From an uncultured archaeon (lineage in GTDB: Archaea > Asgardarchaeota > Thorarchaeia > Thorarchaeales > Thorarchaeaceae): 19,173 bases of DNA. Numbering within the stretch: position 1 is the stretch's first letter; each line of letters starts with the position of its first letter. Shown one piece after another: positions 7,252-15,496 of the stretch. Where the stretch lies: assembly GCA_964610875.1 (NCBI GenBank), contig CAZSWP010000055.1, forward strand, positions 1 through 19,173, read 5' to 3'. Below the pieces are notes generated by a model, which searched no databases, was not told the DNA's origin, and was given only the letters and a program-made list of their open reading frames with translations. The translations under genes and the position numbers were made by a program.

Positions 7252-9411
7252 TCACAACCTTATGTTTCCGAAAAGACCTGCATCGATCTCAGCATCTGCT
7301 ATTTTTCGCATGCATTCATCCCTATTCAAAGCAAGTCCAGCAAACTCTTCATATCTTCTTGTTTCTTTCCGAATGATCTTCATTTCAACTTCCCTAGATA
7401 AAGCATCTGATGATAGTTTTGGCATTACTATGATGTCGTAAATATCCGCGTTTTGTTTCCCTTCAGTAAACCTAAGAATTCTCCCTCTTCGTTGAATATA
7501 TTGTCTTGGATTTCCTGTACTTGATAAAATAATAGCTTTATCAACACAAGGTACATCCACGCCTTCGTCAAGACATCTGATACCGATTAGCACCTGATAA
7601 TATCCATTCTCAAGACCTTTTAGTAATCTGCTGCGTTCAGATATGCCATTTTCATCAGGAACTGCACTTTCAGCTTGTGTGAATTTATGTTGTTTTATCT
7701 CGTATCTGTTGAGTAGTGAACTGACTGAATCTATCTGCTCTGGAGATACATATATCAGAGCTTTGTCCAAATTCCCCGATTTTTTCAGAGAAGTGACTAT
7801 TTCCTCCAATATCCCCAATTTTCGTCTTGCATTTCGGATTATTTTAGCCCTTTTATTTAGAAGGATTGATAATACATTTGACTTGTCCTTATCGGTTCTT
7901 GCAGCATGATATGACTTCCCTATCCGGGACGTTAGCTCGCGATAATCACGAAGCTCTTCCTCGTCCAATTCAACAAAAGTTGGGTGATAATTATAAGGAA
8001 CAAGAATAGGATTACCAGTTTCAGGATTTTTTAGTTCCAAGGCAGTGCTTAAAGGAAGTTCATATACGACATCATTGAAATACTCAATTAATCTATCCGT
8101 GCCCTCATCATCAAACCACCTTCGTGGTGTAGCACTTAATCCCAATCGCATATTGTATTCTTCTAGTAAACCCTCACTGCGTACAGGAGCTCCTATACCA
8201 TGTACTTCGTCAATAATTATGAGTTTTTCAGCAGATATTTTTCCTATCATATCGATAAAACGTTCTGAAGAAAAAGTGTTGTGAGTAGTTATTACAATAA
8301 ACTTATTCTTTGTTCCCAATAGAAGACGGTTATTTTCACGAGTAACATCAGATTCCCAAGTAGGATTTGTGCTATCTGCAGATATAACCTCAATCCCAAG
8401 ACCCAAACTGCGAACATTGTTTCTCCATTGGTCACCGATATGTCGATATGGAGCAGAGATAATTACCACGAGAGGAGTAATTTCTTTTACTGTTTCACAA
8501 AAACAGGAAAGTGCTGCCAATGTTTTACCCGTGCCGGTTGCCATTTCAAGCATTCCACAGCGATTGGCTTGCAACCATTTTCTTACTGCAGTCAACTGAT
8601 GAGGCCAAAGACTCATTTCCTTTCTACTACCGCAAAGTCTTGGTTTTGATAATTCTCTTTTCAAAATAGCTAAATCTTCCTTTTCAATTGGAGACCTTTT
8701 TGTCAAGCTCTTTACAACAGCTGAAGGTGCGTCTAATACTTTGATTCTGTAACTACGATTATTCCAATAACGCTCAAATTTAGCAACATCACTATCATGA
8801 TAGTATTTTTCCGCGTCTATCCAACTTCGAAATACTTTGAATTCTTCTATGTTGGATGACCATCCTGAGGCAGTTTCATTTATTGAACCACTAAATGAAA
8901 TCGATTCTCCATTTTTATCCCATATTATTCCAACTTTTTGATGAAATAGCCCAGATGATTCGATCTCTTCTGCTGGAACAAGATTACCGGCATTATTTAG
9001 AACAAGAGCTAATTTAATTTCAATGTAGCCCTCTCGCAGCATCCAACCGAGAGCTGATATGTAATCAGACTCTATTACTGAACTTATATCATTTAAAGAC
9101 TCAAGCATTCTCGCTTCTATTATTTCGTAGTCATTGTTACCTGTGATTGCTTCTACATCTTTTTTTGTAAGATATGGACTTGTTAGTAATCTTATATGAC
9201 CTCTATTTTGAATAAGACCTGCAATGCCTCTTGCTGCTATTGCCAAACAGGTAGAGGAAAAGAATCCGGTTAATCTATCATACTTCTTAGCTACTGAAAG
9301 AACTGGAACATAGAATTCATCAACTAAAGATGATGCATCTGATTCATATACCAGTCTAATAGTTAAGTCTTTTAGACTGTCAGTATTTTCTGAAACCCCA
9401 AAATCATTCAT
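7252..9411 (-). CDS. PLD (HKD) nuclease - SF2 DExH helicase fusion (similar to phosphorothioation-associated restriction helicases)
   Basis: HQKVGIIWD (HxKxxxxD) plus FSGSINET. Helicase motifs MATGTGKT, IIDEVH, SATP, LDEGVDVP and QRRGRILR. Confidence 0.92.
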   Translation of the reverse strand: MNDFGVSENTDSLKDLTIRLVYESDASSLVDEFYVPVLSVAKKYDRLTGFFSSTCLAIAARGIAGLIQNRGHIRLLTSPYLTKKDVEAITGNNDYEIIEARMLESLNDISSVIESDYISALGWMLREGYIEIKLALVLNNAGNLVPAEEIESSGLFHQKVGIIWDKNGESISFSGSINETASGWSSNIEEFKVFRSWIDAEKYYHDSDVAKFERYWNNRSYRIKVLDAPSAVVKSLTKRSPIEKEDLAILKRELSKPRLCGSRKEMSLWPHQLTAVRKWLQANRCGMLEMATGTGKTLAALSCFCETVKEITPLVVIISAPYRHIGDQWRNNVRSLGLGIEVISADSTNPTWESDVTRENNRLLLGTKNKFIVITTHNTFSSERFIDMIGKISAEKLIIIDEVHGIGAPVRSEGLLEEYNMRLGLSATPRRWFDDEGTDRLIEYFNDVVYELPLSTALELKNPETGNPILVPYNYHPTFVELDEEELRDYRELTSRIGKSYHAARTDKDKSNVLSILLNKRAKIIRNARRKLGILEEIVTSLKKSGNLDKALIYVSPEQIDSVSSLLNRYEIKQHKFTQAESAVPDENGISERSRLLKGLENGYYQVLIGIRCLDEGVDVPCVDKAIILSSTGNPRQYIQRRGRILRFTEGKQNADIYDIIVMPKLSSDALSREVEMKIIRKETRRYEEFAGLALNRDECMRKIADAEIDAGLFGNIRL

Positions 9412-9568
9412 CAGGATTGACCCAAATTAGTTTTATTTCAAACCTTCTTTTTAGTTTTTTTGATTCGTATTTTTAGTAATGAAGAATGTTGATGGTGGAG
9501 CCAAAAAAACGTTAGAGCCACTGAAAGAACCCACTTTCATTTGACCCTTATTACACTAAAGCAAAATA

Positions 9569-9605
9569 TTTTATATTCTAGTATAATAATTATTATTGAG
9601 TATAA
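9569..9605 (+). promoter_or_regulatory. Putative TATA box and TetR operator(s)
   Basis: TTTTATAT at 9569-9576; inverted repeat TTATA-N6-TATAA at 9571-9586; 14-bp palindrome ATAATAATTATTAT at 9583-9596; AGTATAA repeated at 9580 and 9599. Confidence 0.4.
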
Positions 9606-9616
9606 GAGGTCTATAG

Positions 9617-10300
9617 ATGAGTGACAAAGAGCGAAAGGAAATAAAGAAAATACGCAAGAAACGAGCAAAGCAGCTCCGACGTGATATTATCATTGATACC
9701 GCTACGCAAGCTTTCATCAAACAGGGCTATGAGAACGCCATGGTAGACGAGATTGCAACCGAAGCAGGCTACACCAAAGCAAGCCTGTACAACTACTTCG
9801 AGTCAAAGGAAGAGCTCTTTGTGGCAGTGGTCACCCGGGTCTTCGAACGCTTACACCAGACTCTCACCGAATACCTTGCACGAACGGATGTCGAATACGA
9901 GCTCCGTTCGATGGGCGACGCCTACCTCCTCTTTGTAGAAAAGAACCCAGACCAAGCAGTCCTCTTCGAAGCACCACGCCTGAGTCTGGTCATAGGTGGC
10001 ATCATTCAGAAAGAACAGACCGGGGAGGACCTATCCGAGAGCGAAAAGGAGTTCCGAGATGTCCAGTTGAAGGTCCAGGACCTCATGACCAGCGTCATCA
10101 CCGCAACCATGGAGAAGACAGGTATCAAGAATGAAGTAGACCCCTTCGCAGTCATCATGGCACTGACCACCATGGACAATTCCATCAGGGAGTTAGTGGT
10201 CAGAGGCATGAGAGAAAACGAATCAAAGGAAAAGACCCGAGCATACCTCGATACCCTGTTCACCATCATCGACAGTGGCCTCAGACATTACGGTAAATAA
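9617..10300 (+). CDS. TetR/AcrR family transcriptional regulator
   Basis: IIDTATQAFIKQGYENAMVDEIATEAGYTKASLYNYFESKEELF is a canonical TetR HTH; SD GAGGT. Confidence 0.95.
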   Translation: MSDKERKEIKKIRKKRAKQLRRDIIIDTATQAFIKQGYENAMVDEIATEAGYTKASLYNYFESKEELFVAVVTRVFERLHQTLTEYLARTDVEYELRSMGDAYLLFVEKNPDQAVLFEAPRLSLVIGGIIQKEQTGEDLSESEKEFRDVQLKVQDLMTSVITATMEKTGIKNEVDPFAVIMALTTMDNSIRELVVRGMRENESKEKTRAYLDTLFTIIDSGLRHYGK

Positions 10301-10330
10301 TACTCAATCTAGACAGGATGTTAGAAAATT

Positions 10331-10423
10331 TTGCAGCAAGCACAACAAGTAGCCTATGAAACAGGAAAACACGAAGAACCCAGCATAATAAGGAAACTCT
10401 TCAAGATCATCGGACTCGTCTAG
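10331..10423 (+). pseudogene. Possible 3' remnant of a deleted gene
   Basis: LQQAQQVAYETGKHEEPSIIRKLFKIIGLV* reads like a protein C-terminus and shares the codon style of tetR; no convincing start. Confidence 0.25.
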
Positions 10424-10478
10424 GATGACTTTTGAAGTAGTCACGGATGGAATCTGCAAGACCCATTTCTATTCCTCT

Positions 10479-10850
10479 CTAAGAATGACCATCTGAGAGA
10501 GTTACTCTCTGGCTAAAGAGGTTATCGAGATGTGCCACATACCGTGTGTATGAATGTGGCACTAATTGTGTTCGGTTCTGAGAGTGTTCAACCTTTGCCT
10601 CCCGCTTATCGGGAGATTTGAACTCGATATTTTTGAAGTTGTAATGAAAGATAGTCCCCGAGAGACCTGCCACTGTCTGGGATAGAAGAAGAGTAGGCAC
10701 TACAATCAAAGGTTCAAATCCAAGTAAAATAAAGATAGGTGTAAGAAGACTTTACCCCATACCAAAAGTGTTTTCCACAAATCCTCCAATGAAACCGAGT
10801 ACAATCATGATGAGTAAATAGAAAGTAGTTGGGTCTGCTATCTTCTGCAA
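10479..10850 (-). pseudogene. TauE/SafE (TSUP) sulfite exporter family pseudogene
   Basis: From TTG 10850 (SD GGGGAGTGAG): LQKIADPTTFYLLIMIVLGFIGGFVENTFGMG*SLLTPIFILLGFEPLIVVPTLLLSQTVAGLSGTIFHYNFKNIEF. An in-frame TAA at 10752-10754 replaces the Tyr of GMGY, and similarity is lost after ~10590. Confidence 0.78.
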
Positions 10851-11017
10851 ATCAGACTCACTCCCCCTCTATAATTATTTAGTCAAATATCTAGCACTAA
10901 ATTTTTCAAGTCTATACATTCAAGAACTATTAAATTTCACTCCTGAAGATTTTGGCCATCAATCGATACAGCAGTACAGAGTAAAACACATCAAGGTGAA
11001 CAGGCGTGATGTGTAAT

Positions 11018-12223
11018 CTAGATCATCATTTTGAGTCCTGTGAGGGTATGTCTGGTGACAACACGCTTCATTATGTCCCAGCGCAGGTCTGTATACGGAC
11101 GCAGTCCTGCAATCAATTCAGACATGCGGTCACGAATATAATCATCTCTTGTCGCGAGCTGAATGACTCGTTCCATGTTCTCTTCCGAGTTGAACATCAG
11201 ATTTGCAAGAAAGTTGGCGACCTTCAGTTGTTTCCCAATGCCTTTCTTCCATCTCTTTTGGTACTCGGTTGTGCTATCTGTCTTGCCTCCAATAATACCT
11301 ACCACAACATCGGCTGCAATCTGTCCAGTTTCAATTGCATAACAGATACCTTCACCCGTGGCAGGAGAGACGAAGCCAGCAGCATCACCGACTAACATGA
11401 CACGCTTCGAAACTGTATTCTGGATTGGACCAGCAAGCGGTACCCGCATTGCGGTCTGGTCACTCAGATCAACTTCTACCGAGTAGCGATCTTCAAACTC
11501 CTTGATGAACTTCTTCCAAGCGGTACCAAGGTCTTTGGCAAAAGGCATCAAGCAGCCCATTCCCAATGACACCTCTCCTTTCTTTGGAAAGCACCAGGCA
11601 TAACCATGCTCAAGTCCGCCAAAGTATATCTGGATGCAGATACGCTCTGGACCATATGGTCCTTCAGTGATGTGTAAGATATCGCTTTCACTCATTGGTA
11701 CTCCGGCTTCAATACACAACCCAATCTGATCATCAGTCCAACGACAGTGAATACCAGTTGTTCGAGCCACCCTGCTATTGACGCCATCGGCACCTACAAG
11801 ATACTTCGCCTTGAACCTCTCACCATCAGTGGTTTCTGCTATTACATGGTCAGACACCTCATCAACATTGAAGACCTGCACACCCTGTTGGATTTCAGCT
11901 CCGGCCTCAGCCGCCTTGTCCAAGAGAAACTTATCGAAGACACTCCGTTTTACAGTGTAGCCGGTCACTTCATCCTTCGTGCATATCACTTTGGTACGTG
12001 ATGGAGAAAAGAGATGAGACCCACAAGCGACCCTGTCAATTGCTGGCGTGATATCAAAGTCGAGTAGTTCAGGGAGCCCTACTCTGAATCCACCACCACA
12101 CGCTTTTCGTCGAGGATGCGGTTCTCGTTCCAAGACAAGTACATCAAGTCCCTTCTGCGTTGCTCTTCTTGCACATGCAGCACCACCAGGACCACCGCCA
12201 ACTACAATTAGATCTCTGACCAT
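11018..12223 (-). CDS. Geranylgeranyl reductase family FAD-dependent oxidoreductase
   Basis: IVVGGGPGG, PRRKACGGG, VKRSVFDKFL, LVGADG, GYAWCFPK, LVGDAAGFVSPATGEGI. Confidence 0.93.
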   Translation of the reverse strand: MVRDLIVVGGGPGGAACARRATQKGLDVLVLEREPHPRRKACGGGFRVGLPELLDFDITPAIDRVACGSHLFSPSRTKVICTKDEVTGYTVKRSVFDKFLLDKAAEAGAEIQQGVQVFNVDEVSDHVIAETTDGERFKAKYLVGADGVNSRVARTTGIHCRWTDDQIGLCIEAGVPMSESDILHITEGPYGPERICIQIYFGGLEHGYAWCFPKKGEVSLGMGCLMPFAKDLGTAWKKFIKEFEDRYSVEVDLSDQTAMRVPLAGPIQNTVSKRVMLVGDAAGFVSPATGEGICYAIETGQIAADVVVGIIGGKTDSTTEYQKRWKKGIGKQLKVANFLANLMFNSEENMERVIQLATRDDYIRDRMSELIAGLRPYTDLRWDIMKRVVTRHTLTGLKMMI

Positions 12224-12375
12224 TCTTCTCTACTCCGCGATATTCTTCTTCGCGAATATCTGCCTTTTATCTCTTTCAGAAAATGACGAATCGTGAGTCG
12301 TTGTTTGTCGATTGGGGGCTGGTACCGGACCACACTATCCCAGACCTTAACAGTACTTCTTCTAGTACCAAAGTT

Positions 12376-12717
12376 ATGCACATAGATGATTATGAATTTG
12401 GAAGGATTACAATAGATGGAGAAGTATTCAGGAAGGACGTGGTAATCTTTCCAGACCATGTGCAATCAAATTGGTGGCGACGAGAAGGACATGAACTTCA
12501 CCCTGATGATATCCAGAGCATTCTCGATGCAAGACCCGAATTATTGATAGTTGGTAAGGGATACTACGGTCGCTTGAAAGTCCTGGATTCAGCGAAGAAG
12601 AAGTTTGAGGAAATTGGATGTGAACTCATTGCTATGAACACGAAAAAAGCATGTACTCTTTACAATGAGAGAGCATCTGAGAAAAAGACTATAGCAGCAT
12701 TTCATCTCACCTGTTAG
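12376..12717 (+). CDS. Mth938-like domain protein
   Basis: MHIDDYEFGRITIDG...WWRREGHEL...PELLIVGKGYYG...T..AC..YN...AAFHLTC. The start was moved to ATG 12376, where the family begins. Confidence 0.9.
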   Translation: MHIDDYEFGRITIDGEVFRKDVVIFPDHVQSNWWRREGHELHPDDIQSILDARPELLIVGKGYYGRLKVLDSAKKKFEEIGCELIAMNTKKACTLYNERASEKKTIAAFHLTC

Positions 12718-12727
12718 ACGCGTCGCA

Positions 12728-13253
12728 CTCACCATATTTTCTGAAACGCCAGATGTCACAGGAATCATCCAAGGTGGAGGGGAGATGGTTACTCGGTCAT
12801 GCATTTCATCCCGACTACGAAGAGAATGGGTACTTCTACAATCAAAGAAGAACTGTCATAGCTCGGTATTCGATAGATAGTGAAAACCAGAATGTAGCAT
12901 ACCCTGAGAGTGAGCACATCCTTCTCGAAATAGAACAGACCTATGCAAACCACAATGGAGGGCTACCCATACATTGCAATGGGAGATGGTGGAGATTCAT
13001 GCAATCCGCTTGAGAATGCATAAAACAAATCGATCTATTGCATGCAATCCTGAGAATAGATGCAGACTCAACAGATGATGGATTGAACTATGTTATCCCT
13101 GAGGACAATCAATTTGCAGGAAATACTGAAGGATATGCCGACGAGATATCTATCTTCTGGAAAGCCATTGATGGTTATCAGCTTTTGAGGATTCATGATT
13201 ATACCAATAGAGGGTCCTCTCATCTACATCAATACAGGGAGTGTCACTATTAG
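12728..13253 (+). pseudogene. PQQ-dependent glucose/sorbosone dehydrogenase family pseudogene
   Basis: Family motifs are split across frames: GGGEM / LLGHAFHPDYEENGYFY...TVIARYS...YANHNGG / GYPYIAMGDGGDSCNPLENA* (TAA 13021-13023) / ILRIDADS...NYVIPEDNQFAGN...DEI. Several segments between them are missing. Confidence 0.85.
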
Positions 13254-13823
13254 AAACAATAAGAAGAACTCGACACCGGATAACATAGCAGCCCATGTCT
13301 TTTTTGTCCAACTAGAAATAGACTCTCTTTGATAGAAGCGCTCAATCTCCTCTTCACCAGTTATCAATCCAGTTTCAGTGAACTGAAACTTCATTTTCGC
13401 TGCATAGAAGCCTGATGATCTGTAAGCCCAGAACCAAGTGATTGGATATGTGAAAACCATCACCCAGCAATACATGATTATGAAGGGAATGTACACATCG
13501 AAGTGATAGAGAAGAACAGGAGCCAAGACCAATAGAAAATGAACAAGGAGAGCTAGGAATTCTCTTTGAATACCTATAGACATGACAGCAAAGTACGCAG
13601 CGAAGGATTTGATTCCTGTTTCGCGATTCACGTCATGTAATGTCACATGCAGAACATCATCCTCTATGTACCATTCATAGTAGTTTTCCTCTTCTGTCAA
13701 AACGGATTCGAATTCCAATTCAATACGTTCTGGTTTTTCTTTCAGCTTCTTGTCAAGGCCAAGTTTGTAGAAAGCTGCAAGTAACTTTTCCTCGTTAATC
13801 TCCAAGTCTTTTTCCACCATCAT
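13224..13823 (-). CDS. Hypothetical membrane protein (about 3 TM helices, acidic soluble N-terminus)
   Basis: 199-aa ORF with hydrophobic stretches in the C-terminal half. Confidence 0.7.
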   Translation of the reverse strand: MMVEKDLEINEEKLLAAFYKLGLDKKLKEKPERIELEFESVLTEEENYYEWYIEDDVLHVTLHDVNRETGIKSFAAYFAVMSIGIQREFLALLVHFLLVLAPVLLYHFDVYIPFIIMYCWVMVFTYPITWFWAYRSSGFYAAKMKFQFTETGLITGEEEIERFYQRESISSWTKKTWAAMLSGVEFFLLFLIVTLPVLM

Positions 13824-13858
13824 TTGAATCGTAAAAGGGTCACGAGGAATAAGAACGC

Positions 13859-14164
13859 ATGTCTAAGTCAAATAAAATAATTGCAGAACTGGTCATAGCC
13901 CCCTTCGGGGTTGGGACCAGTCTCAGTAAATATGTGAAAGAGTCTGTAAAAGAGATAGACAAGTATGCAGGTATTCGTGTACAGCACACTCCAATGAGTT
14001 CCATCATCGAAGCTGATACAATCGATCAGATCTTAGATGTCACAAAACAAGCTCACGAGAAAATGTTTGAAGCAGGAGCACAGCGAGTATCCACACTGTT
14101 GAGGATTGATGACCGAAGAGATAAACCCAGAAAGATGGAAGACAAGACTGAAGCAATCTCATGA
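13859..14164 (+). CDS. MTH1187/YkoF family thiamine-binding protein
   Basis: IIAELVIAPFGVGTSLSKYV...TPMSSIIE...GAQRVSTLLRIDDRRDK. Confidence 0.92.
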   Translation: MSKSNKIIAELVIAPFGVGTSLSKYVKESVKEIDKYAGIRVQHTPMSSIIEADTIDQILDVTKQAHEKMFEAGAQRVSTLLRIDDRRDKPRKMEDKTEAIS

Positions 14165-14169
14165 TGCGT

Positions 14170-15348
14170 TCAATGATAATTCAGTGCTGTTGCAATCGTG
14201 GCTTTCGTGATCTTTGCAAGGAAATCAAAGTCTAACTTGTCGATGGTGTCAGCGCGAGTGTGATAGAAGGGATATCTGAAGTTTGCAGAGTCCGTCAGCA
14301 TGAGGGCAGGGATTCCAACACGCCAGAACGGTGCATGGTCGGACCTGAGAAGATCTGGCATGATGTGTGCAGCCTGCTCATAGTTAAAGTCTTCCTGCAA
14401 ACACGCATATGGAAGATTGATAGATTCTGTCTGACATTGTTCGCAAAACGATTCAGCAAGAGGCCCAGAGTTCTTATCCCCAACAATTGAGAGGAAGTCA
14501 CCAACTGTAAGGTCTTCCTGCGTACGGTATATCTTGAACATATCAGGGTCTAGGCCTTTAGGAAAGTTTTGACGATATTCTTTTGATGCATAGCCCATGG
14601 TTTCTAAACAGAGGACTCCGCTGACCTTGATATTCTCTCTCTGAGCATATTCAACCCACCTACTACTACCCATCACAGCAGTCTTTCCAGGCCAGTCAGT
14701 TGGCATGATTCCTTCATTCAATTTGGCAATAGAATTCAGATATTTAACCTCATTTTCAGTCAGGTCATCCTGCAAATTCTCAATGGCAACTCTAATGGCA
14801 TCAGCTCGAGAGGATCCTCCACGGTAAACTTGCATGTATATCTTCCAGACCTGCTTCATCATCTTGGTCGTATGCCAAGTGTTGTACCTACCCTGATCAT
14901 CGATTATATCATACTGAAGAGCAAACTCTCTATCCTTTGCCGCAAGCCCGGGATTGAGCTCCTCCAGATTGAAGCTGATGAAACGAACTCTCCCATCAAA
15001 CCCAGATTCAGCTAAGACCTGTGCGGTTTCCAGCATCACTGTGATAGCACTACCATTGTCATTTGCACCAGGAGCAACTGAAACCGTATCATAGTGTGAT
15101 ACTATCAAGAGCTGTGGACCAGTGCCATCACCAGTCCATGCCTCAATGTTCCGAAATGTGTGATCAAAGTTTTTCACGGTGAACTCTTGCTCGTTGGTTT
15201 TTAGTCCCATATCTCTGAACTGGTCAAGGATATAGTCTGCGCAAGCATCCAGTTCATCAAGAGAGTCAATTGGATGTTTGACACCTTCTGTCTTGAGGAC
15301 ATGCGAGTACAGACGTTCAGTGTCAACTAATCTAAGAATATCGTCCAT
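14170..15348 (-). CDS. M28 family metallopeptidase
   Basis: SHYDTV, PGANDNGSA, FNLEE, LETMGY, RSDHAPFW, YHTRADT. Confidence 0.92.
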   Translation of the reverse strand: MDDILRLVDTERLYSHVLKTEGVKHPIDSLDELDACADYILDQFRDMGLKTNEQEFTVKNFDHTFRNIEAWTGDGTGPQLLIVSHYDTVSVAPGANDNGSAITVMLETAQVLAESGFDGRVRFISFNLEELNPGLAAKDREFALQYDIIDDQGRYNTWHTTKMMKQVWKIYMQVYRGGSSRADAIRVAIENLQDDLTENEVKYLNSIAKLNEGIMPTDWPGKTAVMGSSRWVEYAQRENIKVSGVLCLETMGYASKEYRQNFPKGLDPDMFKIYRTQEDLTVGDFLSIVGDKNSGPLAESFCEQCQTESINLPYACLQEDFNYEQAAHIMPDLLRSDHAPFWRVGIPALMLTDSANFRYPFYHTRADTIDKLDFDFLAKITKATIATALNYH

Positions 15349-15496
15349 TGTAAGAAAATATGGACAGGTACCTCACAAAAATACTGCTGTTGTTTCCGAT
15401 TCAAAGAAATCGGATTCTTGGAACTGTCCGATGGGAGAGAAGTGCTCGTTCCTCTTGAATACCAGAGATAGGTCTATGGATAGTATTTTAGCTGCA

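Larger units (their letters stand above)
1..9450. mobile_element. AT-rich DNA modification/defence island (left boundary outside window)
   Basis: Nine consecutive genes assigned, by motif or by context, to DNA modification or defence, visibly AT-richer than the downstream genes. No integrase or att site was seen, so mobility is inferred only. Confidence 0.55.

Noticed and set aside
10752-10754. Stop-codon recoding (Sec/Pyl) in the TauE or dehydrogenase relics
   Set aside because: The stops are TAA, not TGA or TAG, and are accompanied by truncations or frameshifts.
12239-12260. GATATTC...GAATATC inverted repeat upstream of the reductase
   Set aside because: 7-bp arms are compatible with chance, and there is no other support.
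12283-12375. N-terminal extension of the Mth938 protein
   Set aside because: Family similarity starts at ATG 12376; the extension lies in the divergent promoter region.
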